A DNA stretch of 64,000 nucleotides from Candidatus Cloacimonadales bacterium (GCA_963667035.1 OY762964.1:2560001-2624000); one strand, 5' to 3'; positions 35,934 to 47,398 are shown, counted from the stretch's first letter. Program-made: numbers and translations. The notes: generated by a model not told the origin, from the letters alone.

Positions 35934-37250
35934 TTAAATATCATAGATATATTGATTTAATATGCTTTCCAGCATCTCCTGTCGACCTGATTCAATTCTC
36001 CTCACTCCATACTTAAGAGCATGTTCTTCTAATTCCTTAAATGATGTGTTACCTGATTTGATTTTAGCACCTATACCATTCTCGTAAGAAGCATAGCGTT
36101 TAGCCTTAAAACTTTCAAAGACATTATCTTCAATCAACTTAGCAGCAACTCTAAGTCCTTTGGCAAAAGTATCCATGCCGACAATATAAGCATAGAATAA
36201 GTCAATAGGCTCAAAAGAACCACGTCTTACTTTAGCATCAAAGTTGAGTCCTCCGGTAGTAAAACCACCTGCCAACAAAACTTCATACATTGCTAAAGTC
36301 GCATCGTAGATATCTGTCGGGAATTGGTCGGTATCCCATCCCAGAAGCATATCACCTCGGTTAGCGTCTATGCTACCAAGAGCACCATTGATACGACAGA
36401 AAGCCAGTTCATGCTGGAAGCTATGACCGGCAAGAGTTGCATGATTAGCCTCAATGTTAAGCTTGAATTTATCTTGAAGATTATACTTTCTTAAAAAGCC
36501 CAAGACGGTTGCAGCATCGAAATCATACTGATGTTTAGTTGGTTCTTTAGGTTTAGGTTCTATATAGAACTGTCCCTTAAAACCGATCTCTTCAGCATAA
36601 TTCACAGCTAAATGCAAGAATTTGGCAAGATTATCCAATTCAAGTCCCATATCAGTATTCAAAAGAGTTTCATAACCTTCTCTTCCACCCCAAAAAACAT
36701 AGCCGGCACCATTAAGTCTATGAGTTATCTCCATCGCTTTCTTGACTTGAGCGGCAGCATAAGCAAAGACATCCGCCTCACAGTTTGTCCCTGCACCATG
36801 CATAAATCTCGGATGTCCAAAAGCATTGGTTGTGCCCCATAACAGTTTTATTCCCGTTCTTTTCATCTCTTCTTCAATAACGGGAATAATCTCATCCAGA
36901 ATAGCATTTGTTTCTGCTAAATTCTTACCTTCCGGAGCAATGTCTCTATCGTGAAAGCAAAAATACTCTAGTCCTAACTTCTGCATAAATTCAAAGGCAA
37001 CTTTAACTCTAACCTTTGCTCTTTCTATATCATTATCAGTTTCATCCCACGGACGAAGAGCTGTTCCCTCTCCAAAAGGGTCAGTCCCTGTTCCTGTAAT
37101 TGTATGCCAATAAGACATAGCAAACTTCAAATGCTCCCTCATTGTTTTGCCTAATATGATTTCATCAGCATTGTAATGTTTGAATGCTAAAGGATTCTTT
37201 GAAGTTTTACCTTCGTATTTAATATTGTCAATATCGGGAAAATACTGCAT
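35934..37250 (-). CDS. xylA: Xylose isomerase (class II)
   Basis: Start reassigned to [56 protein letters not shown]. Confidence 0.96.
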   Translation of the reverse strand: MQYFPDIDNIKYEGKTSKNPLAFKHYNADEIILGKTMREHLKFAMSYWHTITGTGTDPFGEGTALRPWDETDNDIERAKVRVKVAFEFMQKLGLEYFCFHDRDIAPEGKNLAETNAILDEIIPVIEEEMKRTGIKLLWGTTNAFGHPRFMHGAGTNCEADVFAYAAAQVKKAMEITHRLNGAGYVFWGGREGYETLLNTDMGLELDNLAKFLHLAVNYAEEIGFKGQFYIEPKPKEPTKHQYDFDAATVLGFLRKYNLQDKFKLNIEANHATLAGHSFQHELAFCRINGALGSIDANRGDMLLGWDTDQFPTDIYDATLAMYEVLLAGGFTTGGLNFDAKVRRGSFEPIDLFYAYIVGMDTFAKGLRVAAKLIEDNVFESFKAKRYASYENGIGAKIKSGNTSFKELEEHALKYGVRRIESGRQEMLESILNQYIYDI

Positions 37251-37536
37251 AAAATATTCCTTTAAAATGTTTACAGCAAAAGTCAAGAAACCGGGACAAA
37301 ATGTAAAGATAAAAATGACTACATTTGCTGGCTTTTTATGCATTTACTAATAATAGTAATATGAATAATAAACATTTTATAGATATGCTAGAAATTGATT
37401 GACACATTTGTTTAAGAACAGCATCCTTGAATTGGTTAGTTAGAATTGTAAGAGTATAAACTATGCATAGGGAGATTCAAATTTTTTGAAATTATGCATT
37501 CAATCGCAACCATTTCTGATTTCTTAGGAGGATCTT

Positions 37537-40500
37537 ATGAGTAAGAAATTGCTAGCCATATTATTAGCAACTTTATTCATTTTTAGTTTATTAGCTGATG
37601 GTACTAATACAAGTACCGGAGCCCCCCAAATAACGGAGTTTCCATATTCTGACACTGGAAATTTATCTGACAATACAGACGAGAACACTGCAAGAGGAAG
37701 AGATGAGTGGTGGACACTCACAACTTCCATAGACCTGACAAATCTTGATATTCATCCAGTTTATAGTGGCTGGGATGGCTATCTATTTATTTATGATTCA
37801 AATTTAACTCTGTTAGCTTCCAATGATGACGGTCCGGCAGGAGAAGATGATTCTCGAGTCATAATGAATCTCGAAGCCGGAGAAACAATCTATATTTGCG
37901 TAGATGAATATGAAGCAAGTACTGAAGATCATCCATTTACATTAAATGTTAGTTCGGATCAAACAGGATTGTTTTACGACCCAAGCGCTCCGGAAAGTAT
38001 CCAGAATTTCTCTCCTGAAACAGCATCTCTTGATGTTGAGTTGCTACCAACATTAACATGGGATTTTGGAGCTAACACCGAAACTTATGATTTCTATTTA
38101 GACACCGTAGACCCACCTGTAAATCAAGTAGTAACTAATGCAACAGCTGGGACAAGCGGTAGCTATACACCCGATATTAATCTTGATGGTACAACAACTT
38201 ATTACTGGAAAATTGTAAGCAAAAATACTCAGAGTACAATTACAATTGATGCTACCGGCAATTTTTATACTACGATAAGTGAAGGTACTATTCAGATTGG
38301 GGATGGAACTCTTGTCGGGCAACATGTTCCAATAGAGCCTTATTTCGGCTACTCATATAGTCAGTCTATTTATCTGCAAAGTGAAATTGATGTTGCAGGA
38401 AGCAGAATAGAAAGAGTTTCATATCAATATAATTTATATAATAATCTACCCAACTGTGATGAGTGGATAATTTACATGGCTCATACATCTGAAAATGAGT
38501 TCACTAGCACGAGTGATTGGACCCCTATTGAGGACTTCCAAGTGGTTTATTCGGGACATCTTCCTCCAATTGGACCCGATGGCTGGATTGTTTTTGACCT
38601 AACATTCCCTTTCATGTATAATAATGTAGATAATTTAATCATTGCTGTTGAAGAGAATCAAGCAAGCTTTGGTTCAGATAATGAAGAGTTCTTTGCCGAG
38701 GCAACTACTAACTCCAGAAGTATTGTTTATTACAATGACTCTACTAATCCAGATCCAATATCGCCACCTACGGCATCAAACATTTTAAGTTCAATTCCTA
38801 ACACCAGATTAGAGTTTGCTGAAATTACCGAACCAGCTCACCTAAGTGTTAGCACCAATGAAATAGATTTTGGCTATTGTTTTGTAGACTCATCAACAGA
38901 TGCTATAACTATAACAATTCAAAACGTAGGTTTAGGAACTCTGAATATTGCTTCAGCTGTCCTTAATGACACTACTAACTTCAGTTTGGTTGATGAGAAT
39001 ACTTATCCCCTCTCATTAGGCTCATCTGAAGATTCATCGTTTAATATTGCTTTTGCTCCGACTCAATCGGGAGATATTGAAGGAGAAATCACCATCACAG
39101 ATGATGCTACCAGACAAACAACAACTATTTCTCTTAGTGGTTCAGGATTAGGTTCAAGTATAACCAACTATCCTTATGTACAAACATTTACCCAGGATAC
39201 TGTCCCAATTGAATGGACAATTAATCCTGAAGAGGATAGTTGGATTGTTGGTGATAACAACTTTGGTGGCTATGGTGCAACATCAGAAGCAACCGGAGAC
39301 GGTGGTAATTATATTGGAGTAGATGACTCAACTCCAGATGTGTCTCCTGCTCATCTTTATTCACCTGATTTTGACTTTACTAATGTATCAAATCCCGTAC
39401 TCAATTTCAAGTATTGGATTGGTAACGGTTCAAGCAATAACACTTCGGAACTTCATGTTGATGTAATTGTTGAAGGTAATACAACTACTGATTTAGTAGT
39501 ATTAACTGATAATGATGGAGCAACCGAATGGACGACCTATGAAATCTCTCTTGCTGATTATACAAATCAAATTGTTAAGTTAGATTTTAGAGCCTTAGAA
39601 ACAATCGACAATTTCTATGGAGATATCTGTTTAGACGATATCACCGTTTATGATAACTCCGTTCCTCCACCACCAACTACTCTTGTAGCTCCTATTGATC
39701 AAGAAACAGATGTCCCTATGACAGGAACACTAGAGTGGAATAGTACTCAAGGAGCAACCGGTTATAAAGTATCAATCGGTACTGACAACCCTCCAACTAA
39801 CTTTGTTAACGGTATTGATGTTGAAGATGCATTATCTTATGACTATTCAGGTCTTGCTGCCGGTACTGTCTATTACTGGCAAATTACACCTTATAATCCT
39901 ATTGGAGACGCAGTAAACTGTCCTGCATGGTCTTTTACTACATTCAATGATGTACCTTTAGCTACAACTCTAATAGCTCCGACAAATGCCGCAACTGCAG
40001 TTTCAGAGCTTCCAACTCTTTCTTGGAATCCTGCAACGAACTATCCGGATGGATACAAACTCTACCTAGGAACTGATAATCCTCCAACAGATGTTTATAA
40101 TGGAATGGATTTAGGTTTTGTAACAACCTACAATATCACAGCACCACTCCAATATGAGACAACATATTACTGGCAGATTGTTCCTTATAACATTGTTGGA
40201 GACGCTACAAACTGCCCTATATGGTCATTCACAACAAATCCTAATCAAAATAGCGGTGGTAACGGAACTTTATATGGAGGTTATTATTATGCAAATAGTA
40301 CTGCCGGAGGAAATGGACTTGGGCATCAACCTAGATTTGAATGGGTAGAAATATCAGGAACACCTACCACCTTAAATGGAACAAATAATTCTTCAGGAAG
40401 CTATGATGACGGATATTGGACAGTGCCAATTGGTTTCACTTTCAATTTCTTTGGAAACGACTATACTCAGGTATCAATATGTTCAAACGGTACTTTACAG

Positions 40501-42999
40501 TTCTCTAATTATAGTTCTAGTCATGTTGCACATACCGGTTTAGCGATACCAAATAGTACTGCTCCAAATGATTTAATAGCATTCTTAGCTATGGACTCAG
40601 ATCCAGAAGATATCCCATCAACACTGACTTATGGTGCAGATGATGAAGGTAATTTCGTTTATACCGCTCTAATGTTTAATGATTTTAATGATCTCGCAGA
40701 GTACATAGATGTTCAGGTTATCCTTTATCAGAGTGGAAGAATTAAAATTCAATATCGTAACTATGTTAACACTAATGGAGATATAGATTCAAACTCCATT
40801 ATCGGAGATACTTGTATAGGAATTGAGAATGCTGACGGAACAATAGGACAACAATATAGAAACAATGGAGTTGGAGGTCCTATTATCGATGAAATGGCAT
40901 TATGTTATGCTATGACACCAGGAGACCTTTCTGACGGGAGCAACGGTTTATTGATGCCTTCCGAGATAGAATTTGATGTTGTAACTGTAGATGATGATTC
41001 TGATGCCTTCCAGTTTAGAATGCGTAACTTTACTGATAGTACTATAGTTATTGCTAATCAACCAAGTCTTTCAGGAGACAATTCCGATCAGTTCGAAATT
41101 ACTGATAACAATACTTATCCTTTAAGCATTGATGAAGGTTCTGAAGCTACATTTGACATAGTTTTCTCTCCTACATCCGTGGGACATAAAACTGCTACAT
41201 TAACTATAGTTGATGATTTTGTACCTGAAGAAGAAATTCGCAATACCTATGAAATTCCGCTTCATGGTTATGGATTTGTTCAAGATTCAAATGACTCGTC
41301 ATCACAAGCAGTTGAATTTGCTTTATACGATGCCAATGTTGAGGGATATGTTGGAATAATCCAGCCTGAAACGGATATTGATTGGTATGTATTCTGGCAA
41401 ACATCTCCTGCTGAGCTTAATATTCATACTGAACACGTTAACGATTCAACTGTGGATTTGGCTGCTTTCCTTTACGGACCATACGATGATGTTAATGAAA
41501 CGATTGATGAAACATCTTCAATAGCCTTCGATGATAATAGTTGGACAGATTCGATTAATCCACACATTGTGTATAATGTACCCAACAGCACTGATGCTTC
41601 AGGATTTTATTATCTTAGAATAGCCAGGAGTGAGTATTCGCCTGCTACTGATCAGATAATAAGTTCAGTAAATAAGAAAATTTCTAATAATCCTAGGAAG
41701 AAAACCTTAACTTCTACAATCAGTAAAAGCAAAGTAGCAGATGCTCAGATTGCAGAACAAATACCGGAACCAGATCAGCCAACAACCCGTTGGAATACTG
41801 GTGACTATACTCTATGGATTTCGACAGATAATCCTGTCGAGCCAACCGGATTCGATTCACCTACAAATCTAACTTATAATATTAATTACCAAGGTATAAA
41901 CTTAGTTTGGGGTGCTCCTGTTCCTGAAACAAGACAACTTGAAGGTTATAATGTTTATCGTGATGATACAGTAATTAATACTGAACCTGTTGTATCTTTA
42001 TTCTATCTTGACACCACACCAACAATTGATGTAACTTATGAATATAAGATAACTGCACTTTACTCAGCACCTGCAGGAGAATCAGAAGCATGTGACTCCG
42101 TAATGGTAACATTTATCGGAGTTGATCCACCAATCATTGCAGAAAGTTTCGAAACATATGAAGACTTTGCAACAGAAATGCAGTATTGGACAATGCTTGA
42201 TGTCGACGAAGAAGAAACAGTCAGCTTTACTAATGGGATTACCTTCCCGGGTGATAACGACCCAATGTCGTTTATAATATTCAATCCAAGCAGTACAACT
42301 CCTCCACTACAATTTGCTGATGCATATAGTGGAGATAAATATGCAGCTTGTTTCTCTAATTACTCAAATGCTAACAATGACTGGCTAATCACTCCTCAGA
42401 TTCAGTTAACGGAAGCTTCAGCATATCTTGACTTCAAAGCACGTTCATATACTACTCAATTTGGTCCTGAACTTCTTGTAGTTGCCATCTCGGATGGAGG
42501 AAACTCACCGGAAGATTTTACAATAATTTCAGGTGATAATCCTCTTGAAATTCCACTAAACTGGAATTCTTACCACTATAACCTTGATGATTACGCTAAC
42601 CAAGTTATAAGAGTTGCATTCAGATGTGTATCAGAACAGACATTCTTCCTTATGATTGATGATGTTCAAATCATGAACGACGGAGCTGAAGTTAGTGCTG
42701 ATAATCCTGTTGTTATCCCTGATAAAACAGCTTTATGCAGTAACTATCCGAATCCTTTCAACCCTGAAACTACAATTAGTTTTGACCTTAAGGAGAATTC
42801 TCCTGTTACAATAGATATCTTTAATATCAAAGGCCAGAGAATTGCCAGAGTTGCAGAAGGAGACTACGAAGCAGGAAGTCATAGTATCGTATGGAAAGGT
42901 ACAGACAGAAACGGTAAACAAGTATCCAGTGGTGTATACTTCTATAAAATGAAATCAGGATCTTACGTTAAATCCAAGAAGATGATTTTAATGAAGTAA
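37537..42999 (+). CDS. Giant modular secreted/surface protein, paralog of 2418-7574, with a nidogen/NIDO-like insert
   Basis: AGGAGG RBS, signal peptide, same FN3-like, MAM-like, choice-of-anchor D/J and NYPNPFNP C-terminal modules; IGFTFNFFGNDYTQVSICSNG segment. Confidence 0.87.
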   Translation: MSKKLLAILLATLFIFSLLADGTNTSTGAPQITEFPYSDTGNLSDNTDENTARGRDEWWTLTTSIDLTNLDIHPVYSGWDGYLFIYDSNLTLLASNDDGPAGEDDSRVIMNLEAGETIYICVDEYEASTEDHPFTLNVSSDQTGLFYDPSAPESIQNFSPETASLDVELLPTLTWDFGANTETYDFYLDTVDPPVNQVVTNATAGTSGSYTPDINLDGTTTYYWKIVSKNTQSTITIDATGNFYTTISEGTIQIGDGTLVGQHVPIEPYFGYSYSQSIYLQSEIDVAGSRIERVSYQYNLYNNLPNCDEWIIYMAHTSENEFTSTSDWTPIEDFQVVYSGHLPPIGPDGWIVFDLTFPFMYNNVDNLIIAVEENQASFGSDNEEFFAEATTNSRSIVYYNDSTNPDPISPPTASNILSSIPNTRLEFAEITEPAHLSVSTNEIDFGYCFVDSSTDAITITIQNVGLGTLNIASAVLNDTTNFSLVDENTYPLSLGSSEDSSFNIAFAPTQSGDIEGEITITDDATRQTTTISLSGSGLGSSITNYPYVQTFTQDTVPIEWTINPEEDSWIVGDNNFGGYGATSEATGDGGNYIGVDDSTPDVSPAHLYSPDFDFTNVSNPVLNFKYWIGNGSSNNTSELHVDVIVEGNTTTDLVVLTDNDGATEWTTYEISLADYTNQIVKLDFRALETIDNFYGDICLDDITVYDNSVPPPPTTLVAPIDQETDVPMTGTLEWNSTQGATGYKVSIGTDNPPTNFVNGIDVEDALSYDYSGLAAGTVYYWQITPYNPIGDAVNCPAWSFTTFNDVPLATTLIAPTNAATAVSELPTLSWNPATNYPDGYKLYLGTDNPPTDVYNGMDLGFVTTYNITAPLQYETTYYWQIVPYNIVGDATNCPIWSFTTNPNQNSGGNGTLYGGYYYANSTAGGNGLGHQPRFEWVEISGTPTTLNGTNNSSGSYDDGYWTVPIGFTFNFFGNDYTQVSICSNGTLQFSNYSSSHVAHTGLAIPNSTAPNDLIAFLAMDSDPEDIPSTLTYGADDEGNFVYTALMFNDFNDLAEYIDVQVILYQSGRIKIQYRNYVNTNGDIDSNSIIGDTCIGIENADGTIGQQYRNNGVGGPIIDEMALCYAMTPGDLSDGSNGLLMPSEIEFDVVTVDDDSDAFQFRMRNFTDSTIVIANQPSLSGDNSDQFEITDNNTYPLSIDEGSEATFDIVFSPTSVGHKTATLTIVDDFVPEEEIRNTYEIPLHGYGFVQDSNDSSSQAVEFALYDANVEGYVGIIQPETDIDWYVFWQTSPAELNIHTEHVNDSTVDLAAFLYGPYDDVNETIDETSSIAFDDNSWTDSINPHIVYNVPNSTDASGFYYLRIARSEYSPATDQIISSVNKKISNNPRKKTLTSTISKSKVADAQIAEQIPEPDQPTTRWNTGDYTLWISTDNPVEPTGFDSPTNLTYNINYQGINLVWGAPVPETRQLEGYNVYRDDTVINTEPVVSLFYLDTTPTIDVTYEYKITALYSAPAGESEACDSVMVTFIGVDPPIIAESFETYEDFATEMQYWTMLDVDEEETVSFTNGITFPGDNDPMSFIIFNPSSTTPPLQFADAYSGDKYAACFSNYSNANNDWLITPQIQLTEASAYLDFKARSYTTQFGPELLVVAISDGGNSPEDFTIISGDNPLEIPLNWNSYHYNLDDYANQVIRVAFRCVSEQTFFLMIDDVQIMNDGAEVSADNPVVIPDKTALCSNYPNPFNPETTISFDLKENSPVTIDIFNIKGQRIARVAEGDYEAGSHSIVWKGTDRNGKQVSSGVYFYKMKSGSYVKSKKMILMK

Positions 43000-43021
43000 C
43001 TAGATAATAGATCCATTCTAG

Positions 43022-43050
43022 AAACCTCCTCGATATCGAGGAGGTTTTTT
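43022..43050 (+). terminator. Rho-independent terminator
   Basis: AAACCTCCTCGA-TA-TCGAGGAGGTTTTTT. Confidence 0.85.
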
Positions 43051-43123
43051 CTATCATAACAAAACAAATTGTTGGCAATTTCCTATAATATCACTATAAT
43101 ATTCCCACCATAGGAGGAAACAA

Positions 43124-43534
43124 ATGGCTGAAATTAAAACTAGAGCTAATGATAATAATGTTATTGATTTCATAGAATCAGTAGAATCGGAACAAAAGAA
43201 AAAAGATTCATATAGATTGCTTGAAATCATGAAAAAGCTTAGTGGTGTTGAGCCAAAGATGTGGGGAAAAAGTATTATAGGTTTTGGTGACATACATCTC
43301 AAATACGAAAGTGGAAGAGAAGTTGACTGGTTTAAGGTTGGTTTCTCTCCCAGGAAAAATGCAATCTCCTTCTATTCCTTACAATATTACGACGAGCAAT
43401 CAGATTTACTAAAGAGGCTTGGAAAGCATAAGCATGGTAAATCTTGTATATATATTAATAAATTTTCAGACATCAATGAAGATGTCCTAGAAGAGTTAAT
43501 TAACAACAGTTTAGCTTTTAAGGGAAGTTTATGA
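43124..43534 (+). CDS. DUF1801/YdhG-like protein
   Basis: PKMWGKSIIGFG..YESGRE..GFSPRK..LGKHKHGKSCIYI. Confidence 0.85.
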   Translation: MAEIKTRANDNNVIDFIESVESEQKKKDSYRLLEIMKKLSGVEPKMWGKSIIGFGDIHLKYESGREVDWFKVGFSPRKNAISFYSLQYYDEQSDLLKRLGKHKHGKSCIYINKFSDINEDVLEELINNSLAFKGSL

Positions 43535-43932
43535 AAAACCTTTTCCCTTATCTAATGTTTAATGGAAACGCAGAAGAAGCTATGAATTTCTATAAGGACT
43601 GTTTCAATGGTAAAATCCTTGGAATCGAGCGTTACCAAAATTCTCCGGTAGATGTACCGGAAGAATTCAAGCAAAAGGTAATGCACATGACTTTGGAGTT
43701 ACAAAACGGAACAATTATGGCTTCTGATTCTTATGATAAAGTCGAAGCAACAAGTACAAAGATACAGTTCTGTGTTAATTTCGAGAATCTGGCAGAAATG
43801 AAAGATGCTTATGATAAAATGCTTATCAAAGGCAAACAGACCATGAGAATAGAGCCTCAATTCTGGGGCGACTACATGGGAGCAATAAGAGATAATTTTG
43901 GGATTAACTGGATGTTTATTTGTCCTCAATAA
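43531..43932 (+). CDS. VOC/glyoxalase (PhnB-like) protein
   Basis: PYLMFNGNAEEAM.FY, VMH, MASD, FWG..G..D.FG.NW. Confidence 0.88.
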   Translation: MKNLFPYLMFNGNAEEAMNFYKDCFNGKILGIERYQNSPVDVPEEFKQKVMHMTLELQNGTIMASDSYDKVEATSTKIQFCVNFENLAEMKDAYDKMLIKGKQTMRIEPQFWGDYMGAIRDNFGINWMFICPQ

Positions 43933-43960
43933 CGTAAATACAATCCTCTTGCCATATAGC

Positions 43961-43991
43961 AAAAGAGACGCTTCAACAAAAGCGTCTCTTT
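43961..43991. terminator. Bidirectional terminator between convergent genes
   Basis: AAAAGAGACGCTT-N6-AAGCGTCTCTTT. Confidence 0.85.
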
Positions 43992-44002
43992 CTATTTATC
44001 TA

Positions 44003-44521
44003 TTACATTTTAAATACTATTCCCAGTATGCCGCCGGATATTATCAGCCATATTGGATTTATCTTGGTTTTCAGCATCACAACTAATGCTATTAAAAATA
44101 AAACAATTGATACCAAATTAACAAGAGATGACCTAGCGAGTATTAAGGCGGCAGCTCCTATTAATCCTACTGTAGTTGGTCTTAGCACACTAAAGATCGT
44201 CTTTATAACTCCGGCTTCAGCAAACTTCATCCAAAGCATTGCTACAATTGAGATAAATATAAAAGGAGGAAGTATCATTCCGGTGGAAGCAGCTAATGCT
44301 CCTGTTATACCTCCCATTTTATAACCAACAAAAGTACAGGCATTAATTGCTATTGGGCCCGGAGTCATCTGAGATAATGATACCATATCGATGAATTCGG
44401 GTTGGGTCATCCAACCCTTACCAACAACTTCTGATTTGATAAGAGGAAGCATGGCGTATCCACCGCCAAAACTGAACATACCTATTTTTAAGGAAGTAAG
44501 AAAGAGTTGCCAATATATCAT
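44003..44521 (-). CDS. Short-chain chromate transporter subunit
   Basis: FSFGGGYAMLP, SQMTPGPIAIN. Confidence 0.9.
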   Translation of the reverse strand: MIYWQLFLTSLKIGMFSFGGGYAMLPLIKSEVVGKGWMTQPEFIDMVSLSQMTPGPIAINACTFVGYKMGGITGALAASTGMILPPFIFISIVAMLWMKFAEAGVIKTIFSVLRPTTVGLIGAAALILARSSLVNLVSIVLFLIALVVMLKTKINPIWLIISGGILGIVFKM

Positions 44522-45051
44522 TTACGACCTCTAAATAGTTGTAAGGAAACCCCAAAAACAATTGCTCCTAGAATTACGTATATGGGTGATACTTGTAAGA
44601 AAGAAACAAGTATGAAAGAGACAGCTCCGAAAGCCAATCCATATAGTTTTTGCTTTTTTGCCATTTTGATAACAGCAGACACAATTAATGCAGTTACAAT
44701 AGGTCTAATACCTACGAAGGCATGAGCCAGAACTTCGGTTCCATATACTATTTTGAAGAGCGAAGCAATGGCCGTCATTATTATTATAGAAGGAAGTATT
44801 GCTCCTAAGGTTGTAACAATAGAACCGGGAAACTTCTTCAATCGGTAACCGGTAAGAACAGCTATATTAACAGCTATGGGACCGGGAGCGGATTGAGCTA
44901 GTGCCGTGCTATTTAAAAAATCATCTTCTGAAAGCCAATTATGCTTATCAACAACTTCATGCTGAATTAGAGGGAGCATAGCATAGCCACCACCAATAGT
45001 AAATGCTCCAATTCTAAAAAACGTAATAAAGAGATTTGCGTATATATTCAT
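44518..45051 (-). CDS. Short-chain chromate transporter subunit
   Basis: FTIGGGYAMLP, AQSAPGPIAVN. Confidence 0.9.
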   Translation of the reverse strand: MNIYANLFITFFRIGAFTIGGGYAMLPLIQHEVVDKHNWLSEDDFLNSTALAQSAPGPIAVNIAVLTGYRLKKFPGSIVTTLGAILPSIIIMTAIASLFKIVYGTEVLAHAFVGIRPIVTALIVSAVIKMAKKQKLYGLAFGAVSFILVSFLQVSPIYVILGAIVFGVSLQLFRGRK

Positions 45052-45054
45052 ATA

Positions 45055-46101
45055 TTATCGAATTATCCCTCCCCCAATCAAAACCTCATCTCTATAGAAT
45101 ACTGCTGATTGACCGGGAGTAACTGCTTTCTTTGGTTCTGTTATACATACTTCAGTTACAGTGCCTTTATCAGATAATGAAGAAACTCCTACAGGTGAAC
45201 TGTTATAGCGAATCTGTACTTTTAAATCGGATAAATCCTCAGGCATATTCCCAAACCAGTTTGTATCTGTTATATAAAACTTATCTTCCAATAAATCATC
45301 CGGATTATCAGTAACAATCACACGATTTTTTCTTACATCAAGTTTCAGGACAAAGAGCGGAGCAGACCATGGAGTATTTAAACCTTTACGTTGTCCAATA
45401 GTATAAAGTGGCAAGCCGTTGTGTTGTCCAATAACTTGTCCGTTAGGGAGAACGATATCACCGGATTTCATATCGATTGCTTTAACAATAAAGTCCTGAT
45501 ATTTTCTCGGTATAAAACAAATCTCCTGACTGTCCTTCTTCGATGCTACAGGTATTCCTGTTTCAATAGCTATCCTTCTAATCTCGTTCTTAGTCATACA
45601 TCCTACGGGAAACAATGTTCTTGCCAACTGTTCTTGTGAGAGTCTCCAAAGCATGTAAGTCTGATCTTTACCTTTATCAATACCCTCTTTCAGATACAAA
45701 ACACCTTCATTATCTATTATTCTAGCGTAGTGACCGGTTGCAATTTTCTCAACTCCAAATTCATCTATGGCATCAAGGAAAGCTCCCCACTTAATAGTCG
45801 GGTTACAAAGTGTGCATGGATTGGGAGTTCTACCGTTTTTGTATTCATCCACAAACTGTTTAATAACAATCTCATCAAACACATCTTTTAAATCAATCAC
45901 ATGATGTTCTATCCCGAGAAAATCTGCAACTATCCTAGCATCTCGGATGGCTTGTTCTATTCCACTATTCTCATCATACTCAAATCTTTGATCATCAAAT
46001 TGCCTCATAGTAAAACCGACAATTTCATGTCCGCTGTTCAGTAGCAATTTAGCTGCGACTGAGCTATCAACACCACCACTCATTGCAACTGCTATTCTCA
46101 T
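45055..46101 (-). CDS. mnmA: tRNA 2-thiouridylase
   Basis: AMSGGVDSS, TPNPC..CN, ATGHYA, KDQTY, SQEICF, YTIGQRKGL, TPGQSAVFY. Confidence 0.96.
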   Translation of the reverse strand: MRIAVAMSGGVDSSVAAKLLLNSGHEIVGFTMRQFDDQRFEYDENSGIEQAIRDARIVADFLGIEHHVIDLKDVFDEIVIKQFVDEYKNGRTPNPCTLCNPTIKWGAFLDAIDEFGVEKIATGHYARIIDNEGVLYLKEGIDKGKDQTYMLWRLSQEQLARTLFPVGCMTKNEIRRIAIETGIPVASKKDSQEICFIPRKYQDFIVKAIDMKSGDIVLPNGQVIGQHNGLPLYTIGQRKGLNTPWSAPLFVLKLDVRKNRVIVTDNPDDLLEDKFYITDTNWFGNMPEDLSDLKVQIRYNSSPVGVSSLSDKGTVTEVCITEPKKAVTPGQSAVFYRDEVLIGGGIIR

Positions 46102-46134
46102 AATAAATCCTAATCAATCCTGTTTGTAATACGG

Positions 46135-47388
46135 CTATGAAGAGATTCTCTCAATATCTGCTCCAATAGCCTTTAGTTTAGTCTCAATGTGATCATATCC
46201 TCTATCAATATGATAAATACGTGCTATTTCTGTTTCGCCTTCAGCAGCAAGTCCTGCTAAAACTAAAGCAGCACTTGCTCTAAGGTCTGTAGCCATAACA
46301 GGAGCTCCGCTTAGATTCTTAACTCCGTTAATCAGTGCTACTTTGTTTTGTATTCTAATATCTGCTTGTAATCGGTTTAATTCTGCTACGTGCATAAATC
46401 TATCGGGGAAAACCCTATCTTCTACGGAACAAGAACCTTTTGCAAGGCACATATAAGCTAGGAATTGTGCTTGTAAATCAGTTGGGAAAGCAGGATAAGG
46501 ATTAGCTATCAAATTAACGGGTTTAACAACCTCTGCAGGTATTAAGGTTATATTGTTACCATTGATCTCAAATTTGCAACCGGCTTTCTTCATTTTATCA
46601 ATAAGGCTTTGAATATAACTGACAATACAATTCTCAACTGTTATCTTACTTTTGGTAATAGCTCCGGCAAGAAGGAATGTTCCTGCTTCAATCCTATCCG
46701 GTATCATGTCAGCTCCGACCGGAAATAGTTCCTTTACACCTTCAATAACCAAATGAGTGGTTCCAATTCCTGAAATTCTTCCTCCCATTTTGTTAAGGAA
46801 GTCTGCGGTTGCTACAACTTCCGGTTCAGCAGCAGCATTATATATATTTGTAGTACCTTCTGCTTTAACAGCAGCCATCATTGCATTGATTGTAGCTCCA
46901 ACACTGACTTTTTCAAAACTAATGTCTGCACCTACAAGTTTATCAGCTTTAGCATATATGTATCCGTGCTTTATTTCTATTGTTGCACCTAACTGTTCCA
47001 TTGCCATTAAATGTAAATCAACAGGTCTGGTTCCTATTGCACAACCTCCGGGAAAGGAGACTTTTGCTTCTCCTAATCTTGCTAAAAGGGGACCAAGTAC
47101 CCAAACAGAAGCTCTCATTTTACTAACCAATTCGTAAGGAGCTTCAGGATAGCACACATCCTTTGCGTCTATTTTCAAGGTTTCGTCATTATACTCTACT
47201 CTAGCTCCAATTACTCTGAGTAAATGAGCCATAGATTTTATATCATTCAATTTAGGAACATTTGTTAAAACAGATCGACCCTCAGCTAATAGAGTTGCTG
47301 CCATTATAGGTAAAACTGCATTTTTAGCACCGCTTACTTTAATTGTTCCATTAAGTTTTTTCCCACCCCTGATGATAAACTTATCCAT
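46135..47388 (-). CDS. murA: UDP-N-acetylglucosamine 1-carboxyvinyltransferase
   Basis: Start reassigned to MDKFIIRGG; SGAKNA, MRAS, PGGCAIGTRPVDLH, PDRIEAGT, FPTDLQAQ, DLRA, HIDRGY. Confidence 0.97.
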   Translation of the reverse strand: MDKFIIRGGKKLNGTIKVSGAKNAVLPIMAATLLAEGRSVLTNVPKLNDIKSMAHLLRVIGARVEYNDETLKIDAKDVCYPEAPYELVSKMRASVWVLGPLLARLGEAKVSFPGGCAIGTRPVDLHLMAMEQLGATIEIKHGYIYAKADKLVGADISFEKVSVGATINAMMAAVKAEGTTNIYNAAAEPEVVATADFLNKMGGRISGIGTTHLVIEGVKELFPVGADMIPDRIEAGTFLLAGAITKSKITVENCIVSYIQSLIDKMKKAGCKFEINGNNITLIPAEVVKPVNLIANPYPAFPTDLQAQFLAYMCLAKGSCSVEDRVFPDRFMHVAELNRLQADIRIQNKVALINGVKNLSGAPVMATDLRASAALVLAGLAAEGETEIARIYHIDRGYDHIETKLKAIGADIERISS

Positions 47389-47398
47389 TATACATCCT

